Of a DNA stretch of 64,000 nt, positions 26,583 through 39,282 are shown piece by piece. The translations under genes were made by a program, and so were the position numbers. This DNA is from Chlorokybus atmophyticus. Taxonomy: Eukaryota > Plantae > Mesostigma and Chlorokybus algae. The notes under the pieces are model-generated. The model worked only from the letters and a program-made list of their open reading frames with translations. It did no database searches and had not been told where the DNA came from. Where the stretch lies: assembly GCA_009103225.1 (NCBI GenBank), contig RHPI01003599.1:419859-483858 (forward strand), in the 5' to 3' direction. Within the stretch, counting starts at the first letter, position 1, and every line of letters starts with the position of its first letter.

Positions 26583-29500
26583 ATGGCGGCGGCGGCGGCG
26601 GTGGAGGACGTGGCGGAGTCCTTGGGCGCTGTGGCGCTGGACGACAAGGTCGATCAGGAGCAGGGAGATGGCACCGCCGAGGCGGCGACGGACTCGGACT
26701 CCGCCTCGGGGTTCATCAACCTGTCGGCCGGGCAGGAGCCCACTAGACTGGAGAGCCTGTGCATGCATTGCGGGGAAAATGTAGGCGTTTGCGTCTTGTG
26801 ATGATTCAATCTCAGAGTATTCATGCATCTCAGAGCATTCAAAGTACTTGTTAACGTCAAAGCGTACTCGGGGATGTGTATGGACAGTCCGCTGCGCTAT
26901 ACAACGGGCAGCCTGCAAGTGGGCCATTACTTGTCCGTGTGTAACATCACACTCGAGTGATTTGCTAACAAAACGACATGGCGTACACAAACGACATAAC
27001 ACAAACTGGTCAGATTGAACCAATAGTTCACACCGGTTGAACTAGCGGGTATCACACGGTTTCTCTGTGGTGTTGCATTTGCCAAGTTGTTTAAATCCCA
27101 TTCGGATGTGTACTTGCTCAGCAGTTGGAGTGTAAGTTTCTGAGCATGCAGTGTAGTGCTGTTATTTTCACAGCTGACTGGAACCAGAGCAGAGTCAGTA
27201 TGTGTCTCTTGCCAGTTTCTTCTACACAATGCATGGCATGCTCTATCTTGAAGTAAACCCACTCCCAGTCCGTTAAACCTACTTGTTCGGCACATCCGCT
27301 CGGACGAGCTGGTTACAGCGCTCCTGTGTTGGGTTATTTGGCCAAATACACAACCACAACCACAACCACAGTTATGCTGGCGGTTTTTCCACTAGCAGCA
27401 GTCGCAATTGACTAAGCGCTTGCGCCACACAGGGCACCACGACCCTCTTTTTGACGCGCATCCCGCACTTCAGAGAGGTACATATACTATCACTACTGTG
27501 ATCTGTTCGCCTTATGTGTATGTCTTGTTAGATGCTACAGTATGTCCTCGCCAACTCGGGAGTTGCACGGCACTGATATGCGTCGTATGGTGGCCCGCAG
27601 GTGGTGATCATGTCATTCGAATGCCCGCACTGCAACGAGCGGTGAGTTGATTGCTTCAATTTGCTCAGTTTGCAGCGTACGTACTGAGAGGAAGAGAGTG
27701 TGAGGTTATGAGAAGAAGATGTTGGAGGAGGGGGTGAAGCCAGTGTGACGCTAAAGCCCGTATATGTACGCTTGTTCCAGAAATAATGAGATCCAGTATG
27801 GTGGCACAGTCCAAGACAAAGGCTGCCGGTACGAACTACATGTAGCGGAGGGCGACATGCAGGTCAGGTTTCACTACCAAGAAAGTGCGCGCACACACGT
27901 ACACGCTGGTCGCGTGTGCATGTGCGTGTGTTGAACATCGCAGTTGCTCATACAGGATGTTGTGCATGCCACAGGCTATGAACAGGCAAGTTGTCAAGTC
28001 GGACACCGCTACGATCCGGGTCCCAGAACTAGACTTTGAGATACCTTCCACGTCACAGCGCGGCCTGTTAAATACAGTGAGTATGGCGCACGTATGTGCA
28101 ATGTTCAAAGTCAAAATTGTTGGCACTAATCTCACAGTGCTGATGTGTTTACAGGTTGAGGGCTTCTTGGCTAAAGCAGCAGAGGACTTGCGCGCATTGC
28201 AAGAGGAAAGAAGGGTATGATCAGCTCTCTATTCTATCAGCTATGATGGTGTAAAGAGCAAGCGCGTGTGTTGCAACCTCACAAGGTGTTTGCTTGGTGA
28301 TTAGAAAGTAGACATTGAGATGGCGGAGAAGCTGGACACCTTTCTGGAGCGCCTCGATCAATGCGTGAGCGCATCCACACCATTTACGCTCGTAATAGAC
28401 GACCCCGCTGGCAACAGCTTTGTTGAGAACCCGTAAGTCCACAACACTGTATGCACTCTCTCCTGCAAGCCTGTGCTCTTACTTGGTACTTTATCTTGCA
28501 CAGGCTCACTCCCGCTGCAGACCCGAGTTTGACAATCCACACGTACACGCGCACGCCCGAGCAGAACGAGCTGATAGGGCTAGCTGCTCCGGATAGTGCG
28601 GATGCATCTGCGGGTGGTGGTGATACGCCTGGAACGCTTCCGCACGGGTCCGTGGGCGCCACGGGAGCTCACTCCGCTATCGCCCGCACGCACACCAAAG
28701 AGGCCGCGGCGGCACTGAGCAAGTACTCTGCACCTGAAGAGGTGAGGGTGGGTGGGTGGGATGTGGCTACCCGTTGTAGTGTTGAGATTGCGCGAGTCCA
28801 CACATGTGTACAAGGCTGCACATGTGCGCGAGCTTGTGCGTACACAAACCAACAAAATCAATCCAACATGCACCTATGTGCAAGCGAATTTGCACACGCA
28901 CATAAACACACACATGCACACCCATGTGCACACACCCTCGCACATGCGTACACGAACACAGGCACCCCACGCATGCACCCAATATTTTGCTCACGGCATG
29001 CGTGTGCATGTCGAGATTCCAGTCATGGTTGATTGGGTATGATGGTGTTTCAGGTGATGGTGTTTCCGGGCACGTGTTACCTGTGCGGTCAGCCCTCAGA
29101 GACCCGTATGTACGCCACGCGGATACCGTACTTCAAGGAGGTGATCGTGATGGCGAATGCGTGCGACAGCTGCGGTTACCACGACAACGAGATCAAGTCC
29201 GGCAGCGCGATCGAGCCCAAGGGGCGGCGCCATATTCTCAATGTCACCAACGAGCAGGACCTACGAAGAGACGTCATCAAGTCCGACTCTGCAGGCGTGC
29301 GCATACCGGAGATCGAGCTCGAGCTCGCGTCAGGCACGTTAGGCGGACGCGTGACGACAGTGGAAGGACTCATTGAAGCCATACGAGATGGTACACACTC
29401 GTAGCTATGTGACACGCACATGCGTGCACGCGCATGCACACATGCACGCACATGCAATGGACACTGGTGTCATGAGACTAGTTGATGGGTTGATGATTAA

Positions 29501-29791
29501 TTATCACTAATTTCTTCCCTGTTTGCAGCGCTAAGCAAGTTGAACACTTTCCACCTTGGTGACAGCGCCGTTGGTTTGCAAAAGGGCAAGTTTGTGGCCT
29601 TTGACGTGGAGCTGGAGAAGCTTGTCAAGTTGGAACGGCCGTGGACGCTTATCCTCGAGGACGCGCTGTCCAACTCGTTCATCGCACCCGCCTTTGAAGA
29701 TGTCTTGCAAGACACCGCGCTGTCGGTGGAAGAGTACGAGCGCTCGCAGGAGGAGAATGAGGAGTTTGGGCTCAATGACATGGCATGTTGA
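26583..29791 (+). CDS. ZPR1: Zinc finger protein ZPR1 (eEF1A chaperone), 10 exons
   Basis: Two ZPR1 units, each with a C4 finger: SLCMHCGEN...[18 protein letters not shown] and TCYLCG...[28 protein letters not shown]. Also [12 protein letters not shown] and [10 protein letters not shown]. Confidence 0.97.
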
Positions 29792-31160
29792 GGAGGGTAG
29801 GCGGGGCGAGAAGTGGGGTTGCGGGTCGTAGAGGTTGGGAAGTTGATTGCAGTGTAGGGAGTGCGTGCTGGTGTACGAGTACAGAAACTGCCATGCTTGG
29901 CTTTCAGTCCATGGCTGACGAGATTCAATGCATTGGTGACGTGTCTCTAAGGCAATGACTGTCCAGTTCATACTGGTTGGTTGTGACATATGTGTCGCAT
30001 TACATTACATTACAAGGGTTGCATGAACATTTGCAAGATATGCTGAACAGGTGGCTGATGTCCGCGATGAGCCTGCTCCTTTTCGGACAAGTTTGTGGGA
30101 ATCCCACGACGGAGAGCGCCACACCCTGCCAGTGACATTGCCAGATTGGCATAACATGGTGTAGTCAGTTCGCAATGCATTCGTTTTGTGAGATTGTCTA
30201 CGTATAGAGCACATTGCTTGCAAGACCTACACACTTTGATGACAGGGATGTGCGCAGAAGGCTATGAGTTGTTAGTCTTGCTGTCGATGTTGTGCAGGTG
30301 GGCTACGAGACAGCAAGGGCTGGTGTACGGGGTGACCTACAAGCACTTCTATCACCTCATCAAGCGGAGGATGGACGTCACCACAGCGACTGACAGGTGA
30401 GTCCAGGTAAGATGCAGAGGTGAGTACATGCGGGGAGCAGGTTACCTGCCCGCATGCAAGTCACTGTCGGTGCTGTGCATGCTGTGGCTTGTGCTGTGTT
30501 GCTTGTGATGCTTGAGTTGTGTTGATGGTCTTGATTCTGGTGCTGGCGTTGCTGATCAGTCACTGGCATGGCACATGACTAACGGTCTCATACATTGCTA
30601 AGGCACTAACGCGCTAACAACGCCTGCAGTCGATCTGTGTTGTGACAGGATAGGGGCCGGAGCAGCATGTGTGGCGGCGGGGGCCCCAGTCAGTTGTCGT
30701 GTGCTGTGTCGTGGTCGTCGTCGTCAGCGTCTGTGAAGCCCGTGAAGCCCGGCCTGACCACCATGCCGCTGCTGCGCAGGTGGTGACCCCTTCCCGTTGC
30801 CCCGTCCTGCCATGTGCTGCCCCGTCCTATCCGCTGTGCAGTTGCTTAGCAGTTGTGTTGGTTGCTGCGTTCTAGTTGGTTTCAGAGCTGCTCTGGGCCC
30901 CCGTTAATTTGCTTGCTTTGTGCTTGCAATGCTGGTATGTGCATGCGTGTGACTGCTTGTGTAGCTTGTTAAGCATGAAATAGCATTTCTGTGCTTTACA
31001 ATGCAGGTCGACAGTGTGTCCATGCATGCCTCCTGACCCGTATACACAAGCTCACAATGTATCAGCTGAGACCAACTGCAGTGCAGTAGAAAGCATTGCA
31101 CACCGCACTAGCAACGCAAGCATCACCTATGCTGATTATCAATGGCTCACTGCGGTAGAG

Positions 31161-31345
31161 GAGGAGATGATATGTGGCGATAGCCATTGCATCATCCACA
31201 CCCCTAGGGTATAAGTTGATAGAGCCGTGTGTTGCGTCCAACAGAAACTAAGAGAGGAGGAGATCTGTGCATTAGCCATTGCGTCATCCACAGCCCTAGG
31301 GTAAGATAGAGCCATGTGCTGCATCCAACAGAAGTTAAGCCAACA
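31161..31345. repeat. Diverged tandem duplication (about 92-bp unit x2)
   Basis: TAGCCATTGC(A/G)TCATCCACA..CCCTAGGGTA...GATAGAGCC.TGTG.TGC.TCCAACAGAA occurs twice. Confidence 0.85.
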
Positions 31346-31677
31346 GGGAGCCAAACTGCATGCACATGAGACTACCAGCGAGCAATCCTATCCTGGTAGA
31401 AAAAGTCTGCTTACATGTGTGAGTGCGACAGCATGCACACTATATTATACACTACTGAGCCAGTGCTATACCATAGTGTTATCACTTGGCTAGCTGGAAG
31501 GCCGTGGCACAGGCTCGCTCAAGGCCAAGCCTGCAACATATCAAGGCTCGTCCAGTGTGACATGACAATTCAACGCCCTGTGCCTTTATTGAAGGTGGTT
31601 GCGCACCAGCAGTCATCAATGATTTGCACATCCAATTCATACTACAAATAAAGAATGCTACGTGTATTACAAAACTC

Positions 31678-33025
31678 CTACTGCTGCTTGATATCTGTCT
31701 TTGTTGATTGCAAGCGCTTCAACGTCCGATATCCTTTGTCTGAGCCAAAAAGCCTGTGACACAAGCCTGGTCACCAACACAGCCCAGTAGCACTGTTCAA
31801 TACATATATAAAGGTAACCCTCTTACCAGTCCATGTATACAAACGTCGAGGAGTAGTTGCCAGACTTGGTGTATAACAAACGATGGTGGTAATCATGGAA
31901 GTCAGCACCGCCATACAAAGGCAAAAACCTGTAACAGAGACAGCCCATAAGTCACTCCACACACGCAACTCGCACACAGCAATTGAACACATCATGACAA
32001 ACATACCTTGAAGGTGACCAAGGGAAGTCGTATCCGCAATGCGCCTCCACCGTTTCTATCAACCTCAAGGCCATCCAAGTCCACATAACCAACAAGTGCG
32101 GCCCCACCAGCGCAGGACCCATCACCGTTGCGAGCCCCAAGAAGAGTATCTCCACCGGATGCGCGTAGAGAGCGGTGACTCCAAACGGAGTGGCCCACTC
32201 GTGATGAACGCTGTGAACGTGCTTGTACAACCACTTGGTGTGAAGGAGACGGTGGCCCCAATAAAACACGAAGTCCTCAATGACAAAGAATGCAAGAATC
32301 TGCCATAGCAAGCGCAAGTTGGTTGTCACCAGTACAAATGTACAACAACTACTCTTGCATTCGTAGCTACTTAGCGCAACCACTAGCGAGCGCACATAAA
32401 GCCTTTCCAACATCGCAGTGCATGCCATCACATCACATCACATCACACACGCGAGCACATGCAATGCAATACAAGACTGTAGATGGTTCAACTCGCAGCT
32501 CTAAACCTCACAACAAAAAACAAGTAGAGACTACGCACACCAAAGAGAGGTAGTTGTGGCGGTGTTGGTGACAGCATGCATGCAAGTGTGGTAGCCACTC
32601 GCCTGAAGCATGGCTAGTCGTAGTGAAGGTAGCGGTAGTTTCGCCGTGATCCCCATGGCCGAGTACACGGGGTATGACACTGCCATGAGCGGCAAATTCA
32701 CTGCTACATGGTAAAAGAACAATCTAACCACACATTTCCACTGCTGCGCCGTGGTGGTCCCCCTCGTCTGGATCTTGTACCTCCTGAGCCAAGGGAGGTC
32801 GACCCAGTCAAGGGCGAGGTAAGGGAGGCCAGAGGCGAAGAAGACGAGCTCGTGGATGAGGAAGGAACCGAGGACGAGAAGCTGCCACTCGGACCAGGGG
32901 GAAGTGGCTCGCAACCACAAGTGCTCCAGTGACGTGGACGGCTCGTAGGAGGACACGCCGGCTATGGAGGGGGATGTCGCCGTCTCGCCGCCTACCCACG
33001 ACGGCGCCGTAGCGTTGGCGTCCAT
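31678..33025 (-). CDS. SMO2: Sterol 4-alpha-methyl oxidase (SMO2/ERG25 family), 4 exons
   Basis: Histidine boxes FYWGHRLLH, HSVHHEW and DFHDYHHR. The C-terminal block LYGGADFHDYHHRLLYTKSGNYSSTFVYMDW closely matches land-plant SMO2 as I recall it. Intron 1 has a GC donor. Confidence 0.93.
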
Positions 33026-33496
33026 CGCTCCCCGCCGCCGCCGCCCACGACGACGACCACTACAGCAGCAACCACTGCACAGACAGCTGCCAGTTAGACG
33101 CGGGATTTTGCTTCCAAACAGCCACAAACTTCGTCAAGCATGACGTTTGCCACTTCATCAGTTTCGACCCGGTTTGGCTTTTCTAGACCGGGGCGGAACC
33201 GGGTCGTCATCTGGGCTTTGTGCCACATAGGATTCCAAGCGGCAGGCTTGGGGTGGAAACATGTGCTTCAGCTTGGCCGTACTCTGGTCGGTGCCATGAA
33301 TACCAAGCGCCGGCGACGTCCAGCACTGGATGCTTGGCGAGAATTGCTAGCTCGGGAACCAGCATGAAGGATGGGACGGAGCATTCGGCCTGGCCTGGCC
33401 TTTTTGCTGGTTAAGAGCCAGGCCAGGCGTGGGGTTGGAAGATTGAAGAATAGGCAGCCACTCAATGAGTATATTGGAGTAACTTGCTGTTGAGGC

Positions 33497-36400
33497 ATGG
33501 GTGGAGTCCGTGAGCTGCAGCCTCCTCCTCCTCCTGCTGCTGGCAGCGCGCCTCCTGCTGCTGCGCCAGCAGGGCTGAAACAGCGCAAGCAAAGCCAGAG
33601 CCACATAGTGGTGATGGGCAGCGACATGGCGCAGGCGGCCGTGGCAACGGACCTCGGTGCTGCTAAGGAGCACCGGCACAAGCACCTGAAGAGGTTGGTG
33701 CGGGCGGCGGGGCTCATAAAAGGGGTAAGCAGCAATGCACCTCTCGCATGCACAGCACAGCACAGCACAGCATTGCTTGCTACACTGGATGCTGCATGCA
33801 TTGAATGGAGTTTTGGGGTCTTTCAGTGGAGCAGTGCAGCGCAGAGGCGTGCTCAACAGCGCAGAGAGATTCTTGAAAAGCCAGCGGTAAGCATGATGGC
33901 AAGCACGTTTCTTTCACGGTCGTAACATTGCGCAAGCATAATGCCCTGCAATCATTTGCTAGCCCGTGTGCTTGCTATAGCGTGCATGCTTCCAGAACGG
34001 AAGCAAGGAAGTGTCGGCAGTTGATGGTTGCTAGTTACAAGCTTGCTGCATGCACCACTGGCTGGTTGAGTTGTTTGGAGTTGTTGTTAGGAACAACGCA
34101 CGTCGTCGGACATTGCCGTGCTCGAGGAGTTTGTTATGCGGGTGCGGTTCTTGGAAGGTCTCTCGTCAGAAGCGAGGCTGGACATCTGCCGCTATGCCGT
34201 CTTCGAACGGCACCAGCCTGGAGCTGTCCTCTTCCGGCAGGGCGATTCAGGAGAGTCCTTCTACATAATTGTGTCCGGCGAGGTGAGTCGGGTGGTGGTG
34301 TCTAGCATGCACCTTGCTCAGTGAATGGTGGCGAGAGCTTCTGCTACGCTGCTTACAGCTAGGCTGTGCAAACAGTCAAGCAGCTTAGTAGCCACTTGCA
34401 GTCGGGTTTACACAGCCGTGCAAACAGTACATTCCCAGCTCAGCTGCAGCTTGAAGGCCGTCTGCACAACTCAGCTATAAGCAGCTTACAGCTGGGTGCA
34501 GTAGTCAAGCAGCTTAGCAGCCATTTCCAGTCGGGATTGCACAGCTGTAAGCTGTGCAAAACTTTGCACAGCTTACAGTCCAACTGCAGCTTGAAGGCCA
34601 CTTGCAGTCGGGTGTACAAGTCTCTGCTGTTCCCTAGAGACAGACATCTCTCTATGCACAGCTGGGCTGCTCCTAAGGAAACGGTTGAGCAGCGCTCGCA
34701 ATGACAGGTGGAGATTGCACTGGAGCCAGACGGATGGGATGGCAGTACCATTGAAGCGCAGACAGCACAGGACAGCAAACAGGAGTCAACGAGAGGCAAG
34801 ATGAGGTAGAGGTTCTTCATGTCATGTAGTTTGCCTGCAAGGTGAATGCATAAAACAGGATGTGCGCTACACAGCCTTGCTGGGTGCTTTGGTTAAACTG
34901 TTGCATGCTCGTAGGCAACCCCAATTGGCCGCCAAACGCGTAGTATCCCTTGAAGCAGGCCAATCCTTTGGTGAGCTTGCATTGCAAGCAAGCCACTCGC
35001 GGCGCGCTGGTACATGCACCGTACGAGGCAAGCGCCATGCACAACTTGCACATATGACTTGACTTGTCAACTGACTGAAGAAAATTCTGGGCAGGTCCAC
35101 ATGGGTGTGAGCTTCTTGTTGTGGGGCGTGCGACTTTTGACCGCGTGCTAAAGCATCATATGACACAGGCATGTTGCCATTGTTTTGGTGTAGCCGGTGC
35201 ACACACTGAGTATTGCATCACCCTGTGTGCAATTGCAGGAAGTCACAACCCGTATGAAGTTCTTGCGCAGCTTGCCGTGCTTTCAAGACCTGCTGCCCAT
35301 GACGCTTCACAACCTTGCACAAGTACGCACCTGCAGCACGTGGTGGTATGATTGTCATAACAACTATGTGTAAAATGACTCCCACCGCAAGGTCATGACC
35401 ACGCGCACGTACCCAAGCGGCACAGTGCTTCTGCGGCAAGGCGACGACTCCGACGACATGTTCTTCCTCCATCAAGGGGAATGCAGGGTGCTCAGGCGGG
35501 TGAAGTTTGTTGGAATGCCTGCTCAACAGGTGTAGAATGTTTACATGTAGAAATGTTCAATGGTCATTGCTCCGGCTCCTCCCTGTGTAACAGTGCCTGC
35601 ACTGTGTTAGGTAGGCGATTTGCACTTAGAGACGGGACCAACGGGTCTGCTCTTCTACTCAGCATCGGTAACACCTCGTGTAGTGCCACTGGCATCCCCG
35701 CGCTTGCTGCAACTAGCCTCTCCAAGAACAGCCCCAGCCCTGGCAACTGTAAATACAACTGTACATACAAGTTCCAGTACTGAAGTCTCCTCTACGCACA
35801 TGCCATCTCTGCCGCAAACGCCCATCATCAACCGACCATTCAGCAGTCCTGGAAAGCCGCTGGTGCCGACAGAGCTGCCAAGACTGGACCTCCCTCCTTG
35901 TCAACCGTGCGCGCAGATGCATGCTCAACAAACCGCGCGCGTCGTGCTTGAGGTTGGTAACCTCATTGCGCCCGCTGTGTTGGGTGAGATGGGTGTCGTA
36001 CAAAGAAAGGCCAGAAGCGCGTCGGTCATCGCAACTACCCAAGTGGAGGTCAGCTGGTTGGGAGTGTGCGTTGGATAGATTTGCCGGCATGTGGCGCTTG
36101 TGATGTCAGATTGTCACACTGTCTAGTGTTGCAGGTGTTTGTGCTGACAAAGTGGGACTTCATGAGCAAGATTACGACAGAAGGCTTGGCTGCCATGCAA
36201 ACTCTAAGCAACAGCTACAGCGTAAGTGCAATGGCATTAGTGCAAGTTCTTCTTGTTGCATAAGTGTGGGTTGTTTTGAGCATGTTACCTGTACAACCGG
36301 TGGGCATTTGCAACTGCCAGACACGCTCAAGCTTTCTCTGTATCCTTGTTTGCTTCAGTCAGATGAGGAGTTGTTCAAGGAGTTCTCCCATAACGTAGCC

Positions 36401-36523
36401 TGGGCGAGAATGAGGCACCAGCTGGTTGGGGACATTTTGCGGAGACTGCCGAAGCACAGACACCAGGACAAGCGCATATCCCCGCACGCGTTTCGCGAAG
36501 TTGGCCTTGCAATGTTACGATGA
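33497..36523 (+). CDS. Protein with two cyclic-nucleotide-binding domains (CNBD-type); 3' end uncertain
   Basis: CNB1: VLFRQGDSGESFYIIVSGE...GQSFGELAL...RRAGT...ELLVVGRATFDRVL. CNB2: VLLRQGDDSDDMFFLHQGEC...LGEMGVV..KARSASVIATTQVEVFVL. About 12 exons, two with GC donors. No kinase or channel domain was seen. Confidence 0.8.
34352..34615. repeat. Intronic diverged tandem repeat containing a perfect 16-bp-arm hairpin (34545-34578)
   Basis: The unit GCTTACAGCT...AGTCAAGCAGCTTAG.AGCCA.TT.CAGTCGGG is repeated. Hairpin: CTGTAAGCTGTGCAAA-AC-TTTGCACAGCTTACAG. Confidence 0.85.
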
Positions 36524-36613
36524 CAGAAACAGCTACGCAACAGTAGGTTGGAAGCTATGCAACATTGATTTACAGTTACCGCCTATGATTACACTATGGT
36601 GCTATGATATGTG

Positions 36614-39027
36614 TCAACTTGTAGCTTTCCATATCCTGCATGTGTTGTCTTTAGATCCCGTGATCACTGTGTCCGCCTCATAGTTGAATGCGCACGAAAA
36701 GATCTCATCAGTGTGTCCCTCCAACACCTGAAGCATCAGCATCCAACGTGTCAGTGCTTGCCACGTACATGCGATCACTCTCATGGCATCCCCTCACTCC
36801 TCATTGCAAGTCACATCCGTGTGTATCAGCATTGCTGTTCTTTAGCAAGTACACACCTGCAAGCATCGTCCTGTACTGGCGTTCCACAGTCTGGCTGTCC
36901 GGTCCGCCGAAGCAGTCAGAATGCGTGAGCCCTGAATAGAGAGTAAGTTGATTGGTTTCAGGTGCACAGATATGTTGCCATCAGGTATGCGCCGGACAGG
37001 CACACAGAGACATGCACAACTGAGAGTGGGTGACTGTACCTGCATGGAGAAGGTAGCTTTGCTGATCTCTCCACCATGCCCGACAAGCACCACCTCCGCC
37101 TCTGCACCCCCTCTCCCCGCCGCCCATACACGTGCTGTCCCGTCCGCACTCGCGCTCACCACCCTCGTACCTGGTATAGCAATCGCTCCACTTCAACCAA
37201 CAATCACCCACATGTCATCCCACATATTGTCTCATCCCTCTCACCCTACATACCTGCGGCATCCCACGCCACGTCCAACACCTCGTCCTCGTGACCCCAC
37301 CACGTCTCCACGCAGCGCCCGCTGCCGGCATCCCACAACCGAGCACTCCGGTCTATCGACGCCGTCGCCGCAAGCGAACCCGAGTACGAGAGCGATGCCG
37401 TGGACACCTCAGCCGCATGCCCCGCCAAAGACTACACATGGAGGTGAGTACATGTTGTTGTGTATGTGGTTTGTATGAAATATATTCAGACTTACCTGTG
37501 TGCATCTTCCTGTTCTCACGTCCCATATTCGCGCCGTCCCATCGAAGCTGCCGGTGATGACTCGGTTCCCGTCCGTAGCGAACGCCACGGAAACTATCTC
37601 AGCCGCGTGTCCAGCTAGTGTTGCCACCTCTATCCCGGTGCTTACGTCCCACAGACGCGCCGTCGCATCCATCGACCCTGCAAATGGCATTGTCTCATGC
37701 ATGAGAGAAGGCACTCTTGTGTGTGCCTGTGCGTGTGCGTGTCCGTGTGTGTGTGCGATTGCGCGACTGTGCATGCGCGTGTGCGAGTGTGTGTATGCGT
37801 GTGTGCGTATGTGCGTTAAGCAGTAATATCCAGCTGTCTGCATACCAGTGGCGAGGATGTTGCCGCCGACGGGTGCCCAAGCGATGCATACGAGTTCGGC
37901 CGAGTGTCCTCGCAGTGCGCATAGGGACGGTTGTTGCTGTGGTGACGATAATGATGTCGCATCTTTACCTGCCCCTCCTCCTCCTTCATTGCCACTTCCC
38001 TCGCCAACACTCCACACGCGCGCGGTACGGTCGAACGATCCCGTCGCGACCAGGTCACCGTACGGGTTGTTGAACGCCACGCAGTATACCACGTTGCGGT
38101 GGCCCTCGAGACAAGCCAGCTCCTTGCCATCTGTGAATATGTTGGCAGTTTGTAAGTGATCACAAACCACTCTTATGAACTCATCCTTGTGCATGAGTAT
38201 AACGTGTACCTGAGGTATTCCACACGCGTGCGGTGCGGTCGTACGAGCCGGTGACAAAGCGCTCCCCGGCCTTATCGAATGCGCAGTTCGTCAGCGGTAG
38301 TGCATGTGCCCTGCAATTGCACAGTCATTTGCCGTACGTTCAGCTCATAATGCCTGTCAACCAGCAAAGTAACTGTTGTGTCCACCTTGCAAAGCAGCCC
38401 ATGATTGTTTGACGAGATTGCAATCGCTTGGGTTCTGTTTCAGACCCCAAGTGCACATTGTCTGCCTCATTGGTTGTGACGGAAACATGCAACCATATAC
38501 AGCCTGCACAAGTCTCAGCTCCTACTTCCGGCTGATGCATCAGCAGAAAGCAGGAAGACAGTCTAGATCCACATCAAGCCTTTGCAGCTGGCCATCAGAT
38601 CTCTCACCTTAGCACCCTCGACAGCGCGTATTCCCCCGGCGGCCCCTTCCTGGCCCTCCCCAGCAGCCTCCCCACCAGCGTCGTCACGGCGGCCCTCCTC
38701 GACGGCGGCAGCAGCACCGGATCGCTCCTCAGAACCTGATGGTGATGATCAAGTTGATGATAATGTTGTTCTCTTTGTTGGTGATGATGTGTGTATCTCA
38801 CGTACCTGGTCGACGACCTCGTCGACGTCGTCGTTGGGGTGCAGGCCCAGGAGGTCGATGGTGCGCTGGCGCAGGCGGCCGCCCTGCTCGTACTCGACCA
38901 CCACGCCCGGAGGGTAGTAACGAGCCAGGAGACGCTTAAGCTTCGGTGGCGCTGAACCCGCAGATCCAACGCCGACGCTGCCAGCAACCATACCGCCACC
39001 GCCACCGCCGCCGCCGCCGCCCGCCAT
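36614..39027 (-). CDS. DAW1: Dynein assembly factor with WD repeats 1 (ODA16/WDR69), 9 exons
   Basis: [79 protein letters not shown] and C-terminal [32 protein letters not shown]. All introns are GT-AG and in frame. Confidence 0.97.
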
Positions 39028-39282
39028 CGCCGCCTCTGTCCCCAGGTAACGGCGCCACGTGGCGTCACCACGGCGAGGGGTTTGTTGATGGCTGCTGCTT
39101 GAGTGTCACGTGACGATGTGATCACACAGAAGTGAGAGTGAGTGAGCCGTTGGTGATCGAAACGGGTTTGCTGAGCCTTTTTGAGGTCGGATCAGTGAGC
39201 CAGTCTGTGAGCTGAGCGGCGACATTGGCGGCAGCATCAGCGGCGGCGTTGTTGGCGGTGGCGGAGGTGGGGGTGTTCGAAA

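Noticed and set aside
37930-38005. Gly/Ser/Gln-rich insertion in a DAW1 WD repeat
   Set aside because: It is an in-frame low-complexity loop expansion, common in this genome, and all conserved WD motifs are intact.
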